Shown here one piece after another: positions 51,501 to 61,164 of a stretch of DNA of 64,000 nt. A program made the translations under genes and the position numbers. The stretch spans positions 2,294,001 to 2,358,000 of the forward strand of contig JAWMAR010000028.1 in the NCBI GenBank assembly GCA_036785375.1. Direction: 5' to 3'. Within the stretch, counting starts at the first letter, position 1; the number at the start of each line of letters is the position of its first letter. Under the pieces are notes generated by a model. The model did no database searches, had not been told where the DNA came from, and saw nothing but the letters and a program-made list of their open reading frames with translations. Source of the DNA: Leucoraja ocellata (Eukaryota).

Positions 51501-54500
51501 GAGAAGATGTGGTCATTTCTTTCTCTGAGAGTTTATAATCTGTGAAACTATCTGCGTTAGCAAAGGGCGTTGTCAATCCTCGTCCTAAGATCTTAATGTA
51601 CCTGGTCCCATCCTTAGACATGGAAGATGTACTCATTAAATTATCAAGGATTTTAGAATGTTCGGTCCTACCCTTGGGGATGAAGGGTGTCGTCACCACT
51701 TTATCCAAGATTTTAGGATCCCTGGTCCTATCCTCAGGAAATGGGGAAGATGTCAACATTTTATACAATATTTTGGATGCTGTTGTCTCACCTACCGGAA
51801 CAGAAAGCGATGCCATTCCCTTATCCGAGATTCTAGTATCCTTGGAAACAGCTGCAGAAGGAGCAGCAGTTGACATTCCATTCGCCGATATTCTAGAACC
51901 ATTTGCTGTCATTTCCTTGTCCAAGATTTTGGAAACATCTTTTGGCACGATGGTTGGTGTTCCTTTATTCTCGCTTTCGGATTTGTTAGAATGATCCACA
52001 GGAACCGAGGGATCATTACTCAGGGGTTCGGACCTCTTGGAAGCATCTTTGGTGGCCGTGGGCACTGTCATCCTATTGTTTGGGATTTTTGAATTGAGGA
52101 AATCACTTTCAGGAGCAGCTGTCAATTCTTTATCTAGGATTTTGGAATCATTGGGCCCGTCTTCAGGGGTGGGATAAGTTGTCATTCCTCTATCCAATGC
52201 ACCAGGAACAGTTGTTGTTGTTGCCGTTGTTTCTTTAACTAAGATATTTGAATTTGTGGAAGCGACCTCAGGAACATTGGTTGTTTTCAATCTTTTATCC
52301 AGGATTTGGGGATCTGTGGAGCTATTTTCAGGAACGACAGGATCGTCTTTGTCGTTTTTAAATTTGATGGGATCTACGGTGGTCAATCCTTCAATTTCTT
52401 TAGCTGTTTCAGTTTCTGTAAGAGTAAGTTTTGATAAATCAGAAAAACTGATAATTCACTAACAAGCCATCTTCATTTCTTATGCACATACTCATGGTCA
52501 GCTATCAATTAATTACCTGACAATGGAAACATCACGCTGATTTTGAGCAACGTCACAAGGTAATTTTCCTATTTATCCTAATTAATCATGGTAGCCAACA
52601 ACTCCATGTTCAGTTAACATAGTCCTTTGCTAATATCTTATTCTGGGAAGTGTTGTTGCACAGTTTCACATTATTCAAAATTTTCTTTGAAATTTCTGTG
52701 GATCTTATTCCTGACAGATGCCTCAATAGTCCCTACCTTTGCACTTGGATTTTCTATGTGTTTGCCTCTAATGGATCCCACGTATTTAGTGAGGACCATG
52801 TGTCTGTACATCATTAATGTTGACTGTAATCCAGAAATTAGAGCTGTCTGTTCTGTCCACTAAGACTTCTGGTTCAAGGGGGATTCCAATTCTAGTCTCT
52901 CTGGCAAAGCTGTTCTTCCTCAAACTAATTTAATTTAATGTGTGATTCTTAAAGCTCATCCATTACTTTTGTGTCCCCTTTAACTATTGCCAGAACATTT
53001 GTTAACATATCAATCATTTCACCATAGACTGTGGATTTCTACAGTTGGGTTTCAATCATTTCATTAATACATTGTGAATTTCTCCCCAGTCTAATGATCC
53101 ATGGTCTTTGGCCTTCCATTAAAACGTTCTTCTTGTCATGTAAGTTAAGGAGTTCATGCATGCTGATAAATAGCATGTATTATTATTATTATTGTTGTTC
53201 TGAAGCATAAAGCAGTTAGCAGCCTAGAATCTGCACACAGAATCTGACTGCACTTGGTGCAGTATAAATATTACATTTGACGATGGTGCTAATTTAAAAA
53301 GGTTTTGACACATGGCTGACTCGCACACTATTGAGCATATCACAATTTGTTAGAAGAAAACTGTTTCATACTTGGCTTCAAGGGTCCTTCCTTGATTTTT
53401 CCATTATCATTCAAATGGTTGGCAGAATCTTGTTGGAGCAGTGTATCACTGATTATCTCAGCTTGGCCTGCTGTTGGTTTCTTTGTGAAGCTGGTGACTG
53501 GTAAAGGTGACCTTGTAGTAGCTACAATCGTGGGACTTTTTTGGATGTCTACGATAAAAAATTAGTTCAGAGTGAATAATCACAATTTATTTCTAATGTT
53601 TACAGTTCATGTTTTTTTGTAATTGTAATGCAGTTTGTGCCAGCAATAGAACACAAGAGAACAGCATGGACTAGAAATTGATATTGGGCACTTAAAGCAT
53701 GCTCAAAAATTCTTGTATGGCATATCAATAAATATTTAATTCTGGATTTTCCATAGTAGGCAGGTCTAGTGCTGGGGAACCTAAATACAGCAAGGAATGA
53801 GGATGGCTGTTAATGGAGGCCGGAAGGTGGGGTGGTTAGAGAAAGAAATGTTTGTGTTTGGACACAGGTCAATGCCAGAGTGTTGGGGAGGGAAGTGGGG
53901 GAGGATCGAGAGAACATCAGACCTCTGGGGAAAATGGTGGCCAGAGTTCTCGACGGGTAGTCACAATCACGTTTATCTTTGGGGAAAAAAAGCAATTTCA
54001 GATGTGTAACTCTAATGAAAACAAAGCTACACATCCAAACTTGTTACGTTACATGCAGCTGACAACATTAGTGAGAGACCTGTATAGAGGTGAGGTGAAA
54101 TGAATCTTAACAAAATTATTACTTCAAATGCAAATTTATAACTGAAATGCTATAATGGGAACTTCACAGTTTTTAAATGCATTAGGCAGGTGGAAGTCAA
54201 ATGGCTACTTTTCATCTAGATCTTTCAAATTGCAAAATAAATAGTGAAGGTTCTGATTTTTATTTTAGTGATTTACGATTTGATTGAAGATAAATTACAG
54301 CTCCAGATGTTAATAATTCAATTAGGTGTCAGCAATTTAAACAATGTTTTATGTTACTATTCTGTGTTAGTTCTCTTGCAGGAGAAACTCCAAGCAAATT
54401 TCTCATGGAAAGTTTCCTAGCTGCCTTCAGAAATGCAAAGGACCAATGCTGATTGAAGTATCAATATAACATAAGCTAGATTTTTCTTAGGTTTTTAACA

Positions 54501-57353
54501 TATTACGGTCCGAGTCATCAAACATTGTAATGATTAACTTCAGCTAAAATGTTATCTTGCGTAACCCACCGAGAAAATGTGAAAAAAACCGTAAGACATG
54601 CACCCACAGCTTGGCAGCCTTATTGTACCTTCTTCACAGTTTGCAGCAAAATCAGCACAGCAATCACTGTATTTCACACAGATGGGATCACACTGGCATT
54701 TCCGTCCTCGTTGGTGCTTCTCATAGCAGCGTCCAGAACAGGAGGTTTCTGTACAAAGAACAGGTTTTGGTATGAACATAGAAATTAGGTGCAGAAGTAG
54801 GCCATTCGGCCCTTCAAGCCAGCACCGCCATTCATTATAATCACGGCTGATCATCCAAAATCAGTACCCCGTTCCTGCTTTCCACCTCATATCCCTTGAT
54901 TCCTTTAGCCCTCAGAACTATATCTAACTCTCTTTCGAATACATCAAGCAAAGTACAAGGTCACCTTGTTGACTGGACTAGAGAACATGGTGGAGTACTG
55001 AGCAAGGTAACTCGGTAACATCTCATATGTAGGAAGGAACTGCAGATGCTGATTTACACCAAAGATAGACACAAAATGCTGGATTAACTCAGCGGGACAG
55101 GCAGCATATATGGATAGATAGAATGGGAGACGTTTCGAAACGTCACCCATTCCTTCTATCCAGGGATGATGCCTGTCCTGCTGAGTTACTCCAGCATTTG
55201 GTGTCTATCTTCAGTAACATCTCAGCTGGAATAGTTTTGAAAATGGAGGATGAATATGGCTATAGCCCTCTGCTTTGTGTGCACACACAATTACATTACA
55301 TTTTCCCTATACACACCTGCCTTTCAGCAACATGCAGAGACATAAGAATAACCAATAAACTGAGATACACAAGTGTGTAATTTGGGGTTGGTTATCAAGA
55401 TGAGCCTTTGCATCCTGCAGATTATGAAATAACATGACAATAAAATACAGCACTTAATTACATGTATATCCATTAAACGAGAACAAATGTAGTTACTTTT
55501 GGAATTTATATATCCCACTCAGGTTTTTTGTTAGTTTGAAATCAGAATGCAAGATTTTATCTTTGAATTGGCAGAGATCTGTTTCCTGGACAGGTACTCT
55601 CCAGAGGTTAATAAATGTTTTAACAAGTGGGCCGAGATGTTTAACTATTGCTGTTTACCTGATGTACAGATATCTCTGTAATCTTCGCAGCATTCATCAT
55701 AACGAATACATTCGATGTCACAGTTGCAAACGTGGCCTCGCTCGTACCTGGGAACACATCTCCCTATACAGCTGTCTTCATTTTAGGGGGAAAAAAACAC
55801 AAAAGTAAGTGAAGCATCCAAACACAGAGATCTACTTACTTTACTGAGACGGATTCGCCGATATCAATCACAAAATTGCATATTAATAATTTATTTTTCG
55901 TTTTTTTTTAAGCCATTTTCCAGATTTGAATGTATTAATAATGAAGTGGGGGAATGTGTGCTGCGCCCTTCACTGAAGCACTTCACTGGACTCTTGCGTT
56001 GGGGGCTGCAGGTGTCATCCCACCTGTTCAATGGAGAACGAAGCTGGGCTTGTAGAGAGGGGAGTGGAGTGGAGTGGGGTGGAGGGGCAAGATAAGGTAG
56101 CGCGGCCCGGGGGAGAGGGAGAGGTGAGAACAGCGGGCTCCTGGTGAGGGGAAACAGTGGGGGCTCCGGGGAGATGTTAGCGGAGTAATGGTGGGGAGGG
56201 GTGTGAAATAGAGGGGCTCAGGGAGCAAGTGAGAGTGCGAGGGAGAGGCACCGGGTCTCCGGGGTTGGTGTGTGGAGGGGAGATAGCAGGAGTTCAGGGA
56301 AGCGGGGATAGCGGGGCTCTGGCGGAGAGTAGTGTGTGGGGAGATAGCGGAGCCCCTGGAGGGAGTGGGGCCGGGGAAGGGTTGGGAAGGACTGGCAGCG
56401 GGTTACGGTCGGAGCGCGGAGATGGGGGGAGACAGCGGGGCTCCGAGCGAGGGGTGGGGGAGAAGTGTTGGCGGGGAATGGAGGGGGAGACAGATGGGCT
56501 TTGAGGGAATGCCCGAACAGTATATGCACTGAGACTGCCAGGGCACGACACTAGCACTTTGAGGCAACGCCAGTGGAATGTTGACGCTGCACCAGGCTTG
56601 TGTGTGAGAGAGAGTGCGCTTCAGGCTTGTGACTGAGACGTGGGGCAGAAAACACACAGAATTTGGTATTTTCTTTCAATTCATGTAATTGGGAAAAAAC
56701 TGACTTTCCAAAGTAAGCAAAGGCCTGAAGGGAGAAATTTGGGTTGAGAAAGGGCGAGGAGAGAAGCGATTGGGAACGTGGATCTGTCTACATCTGTCGT
56801 GGAGGAGAGGTGGGTGGAAGATTGCAACCTTCACGTGGTCCGCCCTGTTTCAACTAATGCAATCAACTCGACGTGCACAAACGGAAGATCAAATAGAACA
56901 AGTTGTCCAACAACATTAGGCTGTGCACGCCACACGAAATAAGAAGAAGAAGTGGAGGAGAGGTAAGGGTTAAAGTGATAACAGAGTAAGGGGCGGGAGG
57001 GCAAGCAACTGGAAAGATGACTGAGAAGTAATGAAGTTTGAAATGAACTCACGGAATGCAGTGAGTGAATAAGGACAAACGACTGAAGTAAAGGATTCCA
57101 ATGCAGACCCATGCACCCCTAGTGGGGTTAGGGTAGATGAGAATTGTAACTAACTTTTAACTTTTGTTTAAACAGAACAACACAAGACAACTGTAGCATA
57201 AGTGCTCCGCTGACCTCGACACCATGCAATTATCAAAGTTATTGAAGCTATTTAGTCATTAATGTTATTTCATTTCCAGCACTTACCTTGAGTTGCGATC
57301 ATTTCTGGCAAGGTCACGGAGGATACAATTAAAAGAATGGTTTGCCATTTCAT
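33506..57353 (-). CDS. PRG4: Proteoglycan 4 / lubricin (signal peptide, 2x somatomedin B, giant mucin-like repeat region, hemopexin domain); about 3,470 aa
   Basis: SMB-SMB-mucin-PEX exon order; VWGIPSPIDTVFTRCNC motif; tail-to-tail with TPR as in human. Confidence 0.94.
33810..34910 (+). mobile_element. CR1 3' fragment with nested V-SINE
   Basis: ISKFADDIKVGG; YRALVRPQLQYC..W.P..ERVQRRFMRML; CR1-type 3' tail. Confidence 0.85.
34291..34540 (-). mobile_element. V-SINE nested in CR1
   Basis: gtttagtttggagatacagcacggaaacaggccc tail; V-domain. Confidence 0.85.
35005..35272 (-). mobile_element. Penelope-derived element with hammerhead core
   Basis: 14-bp TSD taacatatctctca (34991-35004 / 35273-86); on -: CTGAAGAagggtttcggcccGAAACGTT. 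Confidence 0.72.
35401..35526 (-). CDS. PRG4: PRG4 exon: KLSVEMSIRNNWTGIPMRITSTISLPNPRIAEKYEYYVLSH
   Basis: tttcag|TT ... G|gtaagt; 126 nt; cf. human WRGLPNVVTSAISLPN...YDYYAFSK. Confidence 0.9.
36283..36432 (-). CDS. PRG4: PRG4 exon with proprotein-convertase-like site: GVYQKYVYQK...RHRYRRQ...QQNI
   Basis: ttacag|GT ... G|gtactg; 150 nt, phase 1-1; cf. human GGSIQQYIYKQ...RRRRFER. Confidence 0.85.
36501..36780 (-). mobile_element. V-SINE (HE1-like)
   Basis: Same family sequence as the other copies. Confidence 0.85.
37291..37447 (-). CDS. PRG4: PRG4 hemopexin exon: DQDYWRFQNGAMDSGYPQKI...PETVYFFKR
   Basis: tgcag|GAT ... G|gttact; 157 nt, phase 0-1. Confidence 0.94.
38212..39091 (+). mobile_element. 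CpG-rich non-autonomous retroposon with (TTGTA)n tail
   Basis: Abrupt GC/CpG-rich island in an AT-rich intron, ending tgacaataaa-(ttgta)n. Confidence 0.6.
39219..39374 (+). mobile_element. Penelope-derived element with hammerhead core
   Basis: 12-bp TSD catatttacagg (39207-18 / 39375-86); CTGAAGAagggtctcgacccGAAACGTC. Confidence 0.72.
39965..40104 (-). CDS. PRG4: PRG4 hemopexin exon: NLFW...ITDVWGIPSPIDTVFTRCNCKGQTYFFK
   Basis: tttcag|GT ... AAG|gtaagg; 140 nt; diagnostic PRG4 motif. Confidence 0.96.
40435..40650. mobile_element. Palindromic MITE, PIF/Harbinger-like
   Basis: TAA TSD (40432-34 / 40651-53); TIR tgcccctgtcccacttaggaaacctga; arms about 90 bp. Confidence 0.85.
40937..41023 (-). 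CDS. PRG4: PRG4 hemopexin-domain start: SLNDPNLCNTKPSDASTTLQNGTTYIFR
   Basis: tttag|CC ... G|gtaaga; 87 nt; cf. human NICNGKPVDGLTTLRNGTLVAFRG. Confidence 0.92.
41349..41459. mobile_element. 111-bp hAT-type MITE
   Basis: 8-bp TSD gttacatg; 14-bp TIR cagtggcggactgg / ccagtccgccactg. Confidence 0.88.
41616..41660 (-). CDS. PRG4: PRG4 short exon EPENQTTEKMQSYE (a longer phase-0 version from 41715 is also open)
   Basis: tttccattaccatcag|TT ... GAAG|gtaagg; 45 nt, phase 1-1. Confidence 0.55.
42828..43072 (-). mobile_element. V-SINE, tail-truncated
   Basis: gggtggcacagtggcgcaatggtagag head, B-box, V-domain. Confidence 0.85.
43269..52415 (-). CDS. PRG4: PRG4 giant mucin-like repeat exon (9,147 nt, about 3,050 aa)
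   Basis: cttacag|AA at 52415 is in frame with the 3062-aa ORF; donor AAAG|gtgaat at 43269 gives phase 1-1; no internal stop. Confidence 0.88.
43270..52330 (-). repeat. Coding tandem repeat, 60-bp / 20-aa unit, about 150 diverged copies
   Basis: Motifs such as tttagaat/tttggaat/tctaga recur at the same column of the 60-nt lines (e.g. 50461-51001); peptide unit SKILDKGMTTxSVPEDxSTD. Confidence 0.9.
53372..53548 (-). CDS. PRG4: PRG4 linker exon: IQKSPTIVATTRSPLPVTSFTKKP...GPLKP
   Basis: tttatcgtag|AC ... A|gtatga; 177 nt open, phase 1-1, S/T/P/K-rich. Confidence 0.75.
54629..54748 (-). CDS. PRG4: PRG4 somatomedin-B domain 2: TSCSGRCYEKHQRGRKCQCDPICVKYSDCCADFAANCEE
   Basis: 8-Cys SMB pattern; tacag|AA ... 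G|gtacaa; 120 nt, phase 1-1. Confidence 0.93.
54776..54945 (-). mobile_element. CR1 3'-end fragment next to the SMB2 acceptor
   Basis: Reverse complement of the tail at 62450-62600 (gaatggcggtgctggc...cctact). Confidence 0.75.
55026..55213. mobile_element. Inverted (head-to-head) pair of the same Penelope-derived element
   Basis: 11-bp TSD gtaacatctca; central palindrome gacgtttcgaaacgtc at 55129-55144; imperfect arms about 75 bp. Confidence 0.75.
55659..55775 (-). CDS. PRG4: PRG4 somatomedin-B domain 1: SCIGRCVPRYERGHVCNCDIECIRYDECCEDYRDICTS
   Basis: 8-Cys SMB pattern; gaag|AC ... G|gtaaac; 117 nt, phase 1-1. Confidence 0.92.
56040..56500. repeat. G-rich degenerate minisatellite / low-complexity tract
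   Basis: About 9 variants of gagatagcggggctcc separated by G/A-rich spacers; strong G skew on +. Confidence 0.65.
56812..56951 (+). mobile_element. Short retroposon with (AAG)n tail
   Basis: 13-bp TSD gtggaggagaggt; second copy at 58351-58481. Confidence 0.75.
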
Positions 57354-57380
57354 GAAATTTTGAGGATTGGCCATCACCAT
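57287..57380 (-). CDS. PRG4: PRG4 signal-peptide exon: (MVMANPQNF)MKWQTILLIVSSVTLPEMIATQ
   Basis: aaacag|ATG ... CAAG|gtaagt; in-frame ATGs at 57380, 57374 and 57353; MKWQT resembles human MAWKT. Confidence 0.82.
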
Positions 57381-57749
57381 CTGTTTGTAAGTACATGAAG
57401 GAAATACGGTTGTAATTTGAGAGAATACTATATAATATTTAAAAAACTCTACCATCGTCCCCACCCTTATAGGAGCTAAAGAAAACAACTGTTTTTACAG
57501 TGTACCCTTCATGACAACAAATCCTAATGGGGTGTTTAAATCCAAACAAATAGTAATGAACATTAAATGCCTTCAAATAATGAGGTAAAACACGAGATTA
57601 ACTGCTTGTAGTGATGTTTATTAAATGATGAATACTGGCAAAGGTCAGGCTCCTCAACCTAATGCCATAACCATAATCTAGAAGCACAGACTAGCTTAAT
57701 TTGAATGTCTCCTTATAAGAAGCACCTCTGACAGTGCACCATTTCCTTG

Positions 57750-58640
57750 ATTTTAACCAAGCTGATCTCACTTGTCTGCACCTGGTCCATATCCTTCCAA
57801 ACCTTTTAAAGTTTTCTAAGTTTCTTTTAAATGTTGCAATCATACCTGCCTCTGCCACTTCCTCTGCAAGCTTGTTTCATTTACGCACCATTTTCTGTGT
57901 GAGAAAGATCGTCCCTCGGGTCCTTTAAAATCTTGCACCTCTCACCTTAAATCTACTTCTAGTCTTAGAATCCCCCATCCTGGGAAAAAAGACTGTGGTT
58001 ATCCACCTTACCTATGCCCCTTATAATTTTATATACCTCTGCCCTCCAGAGAAAATAGACCCAGCTTATCCAGCCTCTGCTTATAACTCAACCTACAATC
58101 TCGGTAACTTCTCATGAATCATCTTTACACTCTTTCCAATTTAATTACTTTCTTCCTGTAGCTGGGTAACCAGAACTATAGGCAGTATTCCAAACGTGGC
58201 CTTACCAATGTTTTGTACAGCTTTAACGCAACATCCCAACTCCTATACTGAATAACCTGACTGAGAACTGTGAGCCTTCTTCACCACTGCGCCCACCTGT
58301 ATCACCACATTCAAGGAACTATGCAGCTACATTTATAAGTCTCTCCATTCTGCAACCTTCACGTGGTCTACCCTCTTTTGACGAATGCAATCAACCCGGC
58401 GTGCACAATCAAATAAGATCAAATAGAACAAGTTGTCCTACAACTTTAGGCTGTGCATGCCATACGCAGGAAGAAGAAGAACCTCCCCAAGACCTTACCA
58501 ATTACAATGTAGGTCTTGCCCTGGTTTAACTCATCATGTTGCACCCTCTATCTCTTGCCTTCAAGCCAAGTTTGTATCCATTTGGTTTGCTCACCCTGGA
58601 TCACATATGATCCAATGTTGTGGCTGAGCCTACCATATGG
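57750..58640 (-). mobile_element. Decayed CR1 fragment
   Basis: Reverse-complement similarity to the CR1 ORF2 C-terminus and 3' UTR. Confidence 0.55.
58351..58481 (+). mobile_element. Second copy of the (AAG)n-tailed retroposon, nested in a CR1 fragment
   Basis: tgcaaccttcacgtggtc...gatcaaatagaacaagttgtcc...aagaagaaga shared with 56823-56951. Confidence 0.7.
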
Positions 58641-61164
58641 TAAGTTGTGAATAATTTCTGAAGGTTTAAATTGCCCCAAAAATCTGATTTCTGCTGGTAA
58701 TGGAGAAACTGCACCCAACACAACTTGGTGCATGACAGGTGTCATTCATTGTGCTTGTGTGGAAGTGCCTGGGCAAGTTTACTGATGGCTGCAGTTTCAC
58801 CCAGAAGTGGTCACTGACACAATCGACTTTAAAACTGCTTTCTGTGCATTTGCATATAGATGTGGCAAATGGGTCACATTTCTAGACTGCAGTGCTCTAA
58901 ACAATATTGCTGTAAATGTAAGGCATAGTTAATACTGATTTATTTTATCTTTTAAACAGGAAATGCTATAAATAACAAGTAAATCTAATTTTTATTTTGC
59001 GATAATCCAGTTTTCTACACTTGTCAAATTATATCAATACACATCTTGTTATCTGTGTTAATGGTATGAAGAAAGTACACCATTTTTGTTTGTCAAATAT
59101 ACGTTTATTTAGTGCAGTTAGGTGGAGAGTAACAGTGCTGCAGAAGCTAAGATTGCCATTTGTACTATGTTTACATATTCTGTTGTGCTGCAGCAAGCAA
59201 GAATTTCATTGTCCTATCTGGGACATATGACAATAAAACACTCTTGATTCTTGACTGTTAGTACCAAGTCATCCCTGTTCAGAATCACTGCAGATTCTGT
59301 GATTAGAGGGGCTCTTGATATATGGTTCATAAGACCAAGACAGAGGAAAAAAGAAAGACGTGTTTTTTTCACAACTTTATGGTACCAGAAAGCATTTTTC
59401 AACAAGTTTATTTAAAGAGCGGTTATAACTAGCAGCTAATTTTCCTCGTATGAGCTCTGTTGACAATGGCGGAGAGGCGACCGGCCAATTTGTTTTAGTG
59501 ATGTTGCTTGAAGGATAAATATTTACCAGGTTATGGGGTTAGTTTTCACAGGGACCTTTACATCCACCCAAGAGAAGAGAGGGCATCCCGAATAGTACGG
59601 CACTCCCTCAGTATTACATTACGGCTTTACAACATTTTAGACCTCAAGCTCCTGGAATAGCGCTTGAACTCGCAAGTGACTCGGGACAGTTGAAAGTGGA
59701 CAATTGAGCATTGTCCATAAAATTAGCACGACAGTCTCACTATTCGCATCACACATCCTCAACACCTGCTTATTATTGCTTTTTTCCCCTGTAATGAAAA
59801 CCTAGTTCAATGTAGGTATTTTTTGTTTCTTCCCCCAAGTGTTCAAATCATTGGATTTTTTTTCATTTCTGCATGTTTTCTTTCCTTACACTTAATAGTT
59901 TGTAAACTATTAATGCATAAGTGTCACTTGTTAGTAATTCTTACATTTATCACATCTTCCCTCTTTGTGGATTTGATGGTGTTCTGCATATTGGTATCAG
60001 CCATGCACTCAGTCCTCAAATTGAAAACATATTGGCAATGAAATCTGGTGCTTAGGACAATTCTTCAAGTTTGGAAGTATTCAATTTAGCTTAATTTATG
60101 AACCTTAACAAGTGTTTGGAGAGGAAACTGTCTTTGAATTAACAGCTAACGTGGCTCTAGTGCTTTTCAGTGGGGTTTAATCCATTCATCATTACATTTC
60201 TTTTATATTGGGGACTATCATGATTTAAATCATGCATCTTCTTTCTGATTTTTAAGAGATTATCATATATCTACTCAACAATGTACCTCGGTGACTGCCA
60301 ATCACCCCCCTCTCCCCCCCCCCCCCCCCCCCCCCCCCCGACACTCCTCCCACAGGAAAAACACTGTATGCATGTAAATAGATTTATTTATTGAAATCAT
60401 ATTCTATGTCGCTCTTCCAGGGAGATGCTAACTTCATTTCGTTGTCTCTGTACTGTACACTGACAATGACAATTAAAGTTGAATCTGAATCTGAAGTTGA
60501 ATCTGAATCTGATATCCCAAAAGTGGTGCTGAAAATCACTAATTGTATAATTAAATTATTATTATTAATTTAACAATATATCTATGTTAACATTTTATTG
60601 CTAAGTGGTGATGAAATGATGTAAATATCGGCATTTACAAAGATTGTAACTTTAAGAAAGCTTGCATTCTTCCAGTAATTTTTATTAATGGACAAAAGCA
60701 ACTGTTAAATTATTTTTTATAAGGAAACAGTGAATGAATATGCTAGAACTAACACCATAAATCAAGTTTTTTAATCTTTTGAATTGGTCATTTCTACACA
60801 GTCTTTATTAATGCAGTCGTAAGACCTGACATATGATAGATTGAAAATATTTATGACAACCTCCTTAGTTCATTTGTTGTAATGGTCAAATAGTCAGCAG
60901 AGGATATATTCACAAATACCCTTATAATGTCACTGTACACTTAAGCAAGATAATGCTGACATCCTTACTGAATTAGCAGCTCTATATGGACTAAAATTAT
61001 TCTAATATAAAATGCTAAACAAAACTTTAAAAAATGCTTAAGATATCTATCAGCAGAAAAACAAATCTAACAAATACATTGTTAAATTTACATTGGTAAA
61101 TAATTTGGTGTAACATTCAAAAGAACAGAATGATATTTTAATGTAATTCCTTAAGTATACTCAC

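Noticed and set aside
43270-52330. 60-bp periodic array as a CRISPR array
   Set aside because: Eukaryotic context, degenerate in-frame coding units, no invariant repeat with unique spacers, and no cas genes.
43198-52386. The 3062-aa ORF as a stand-alone single-exon gene or bacterial-type adhesin
   Set aside because: It starts at TTG, has an in-frame splice acceptor at 52415, and lies in phase between SMB and hemopexin exons of PRG4.
43537-52462. Many + strand ORFs (up to 252 aa) opposite the giant exon
   Set aside because: They are shadows of the repeat's codon bias (ILES/VVIPLS motifs mirror DSKI/DKGMTT) and have no independent gene structure.
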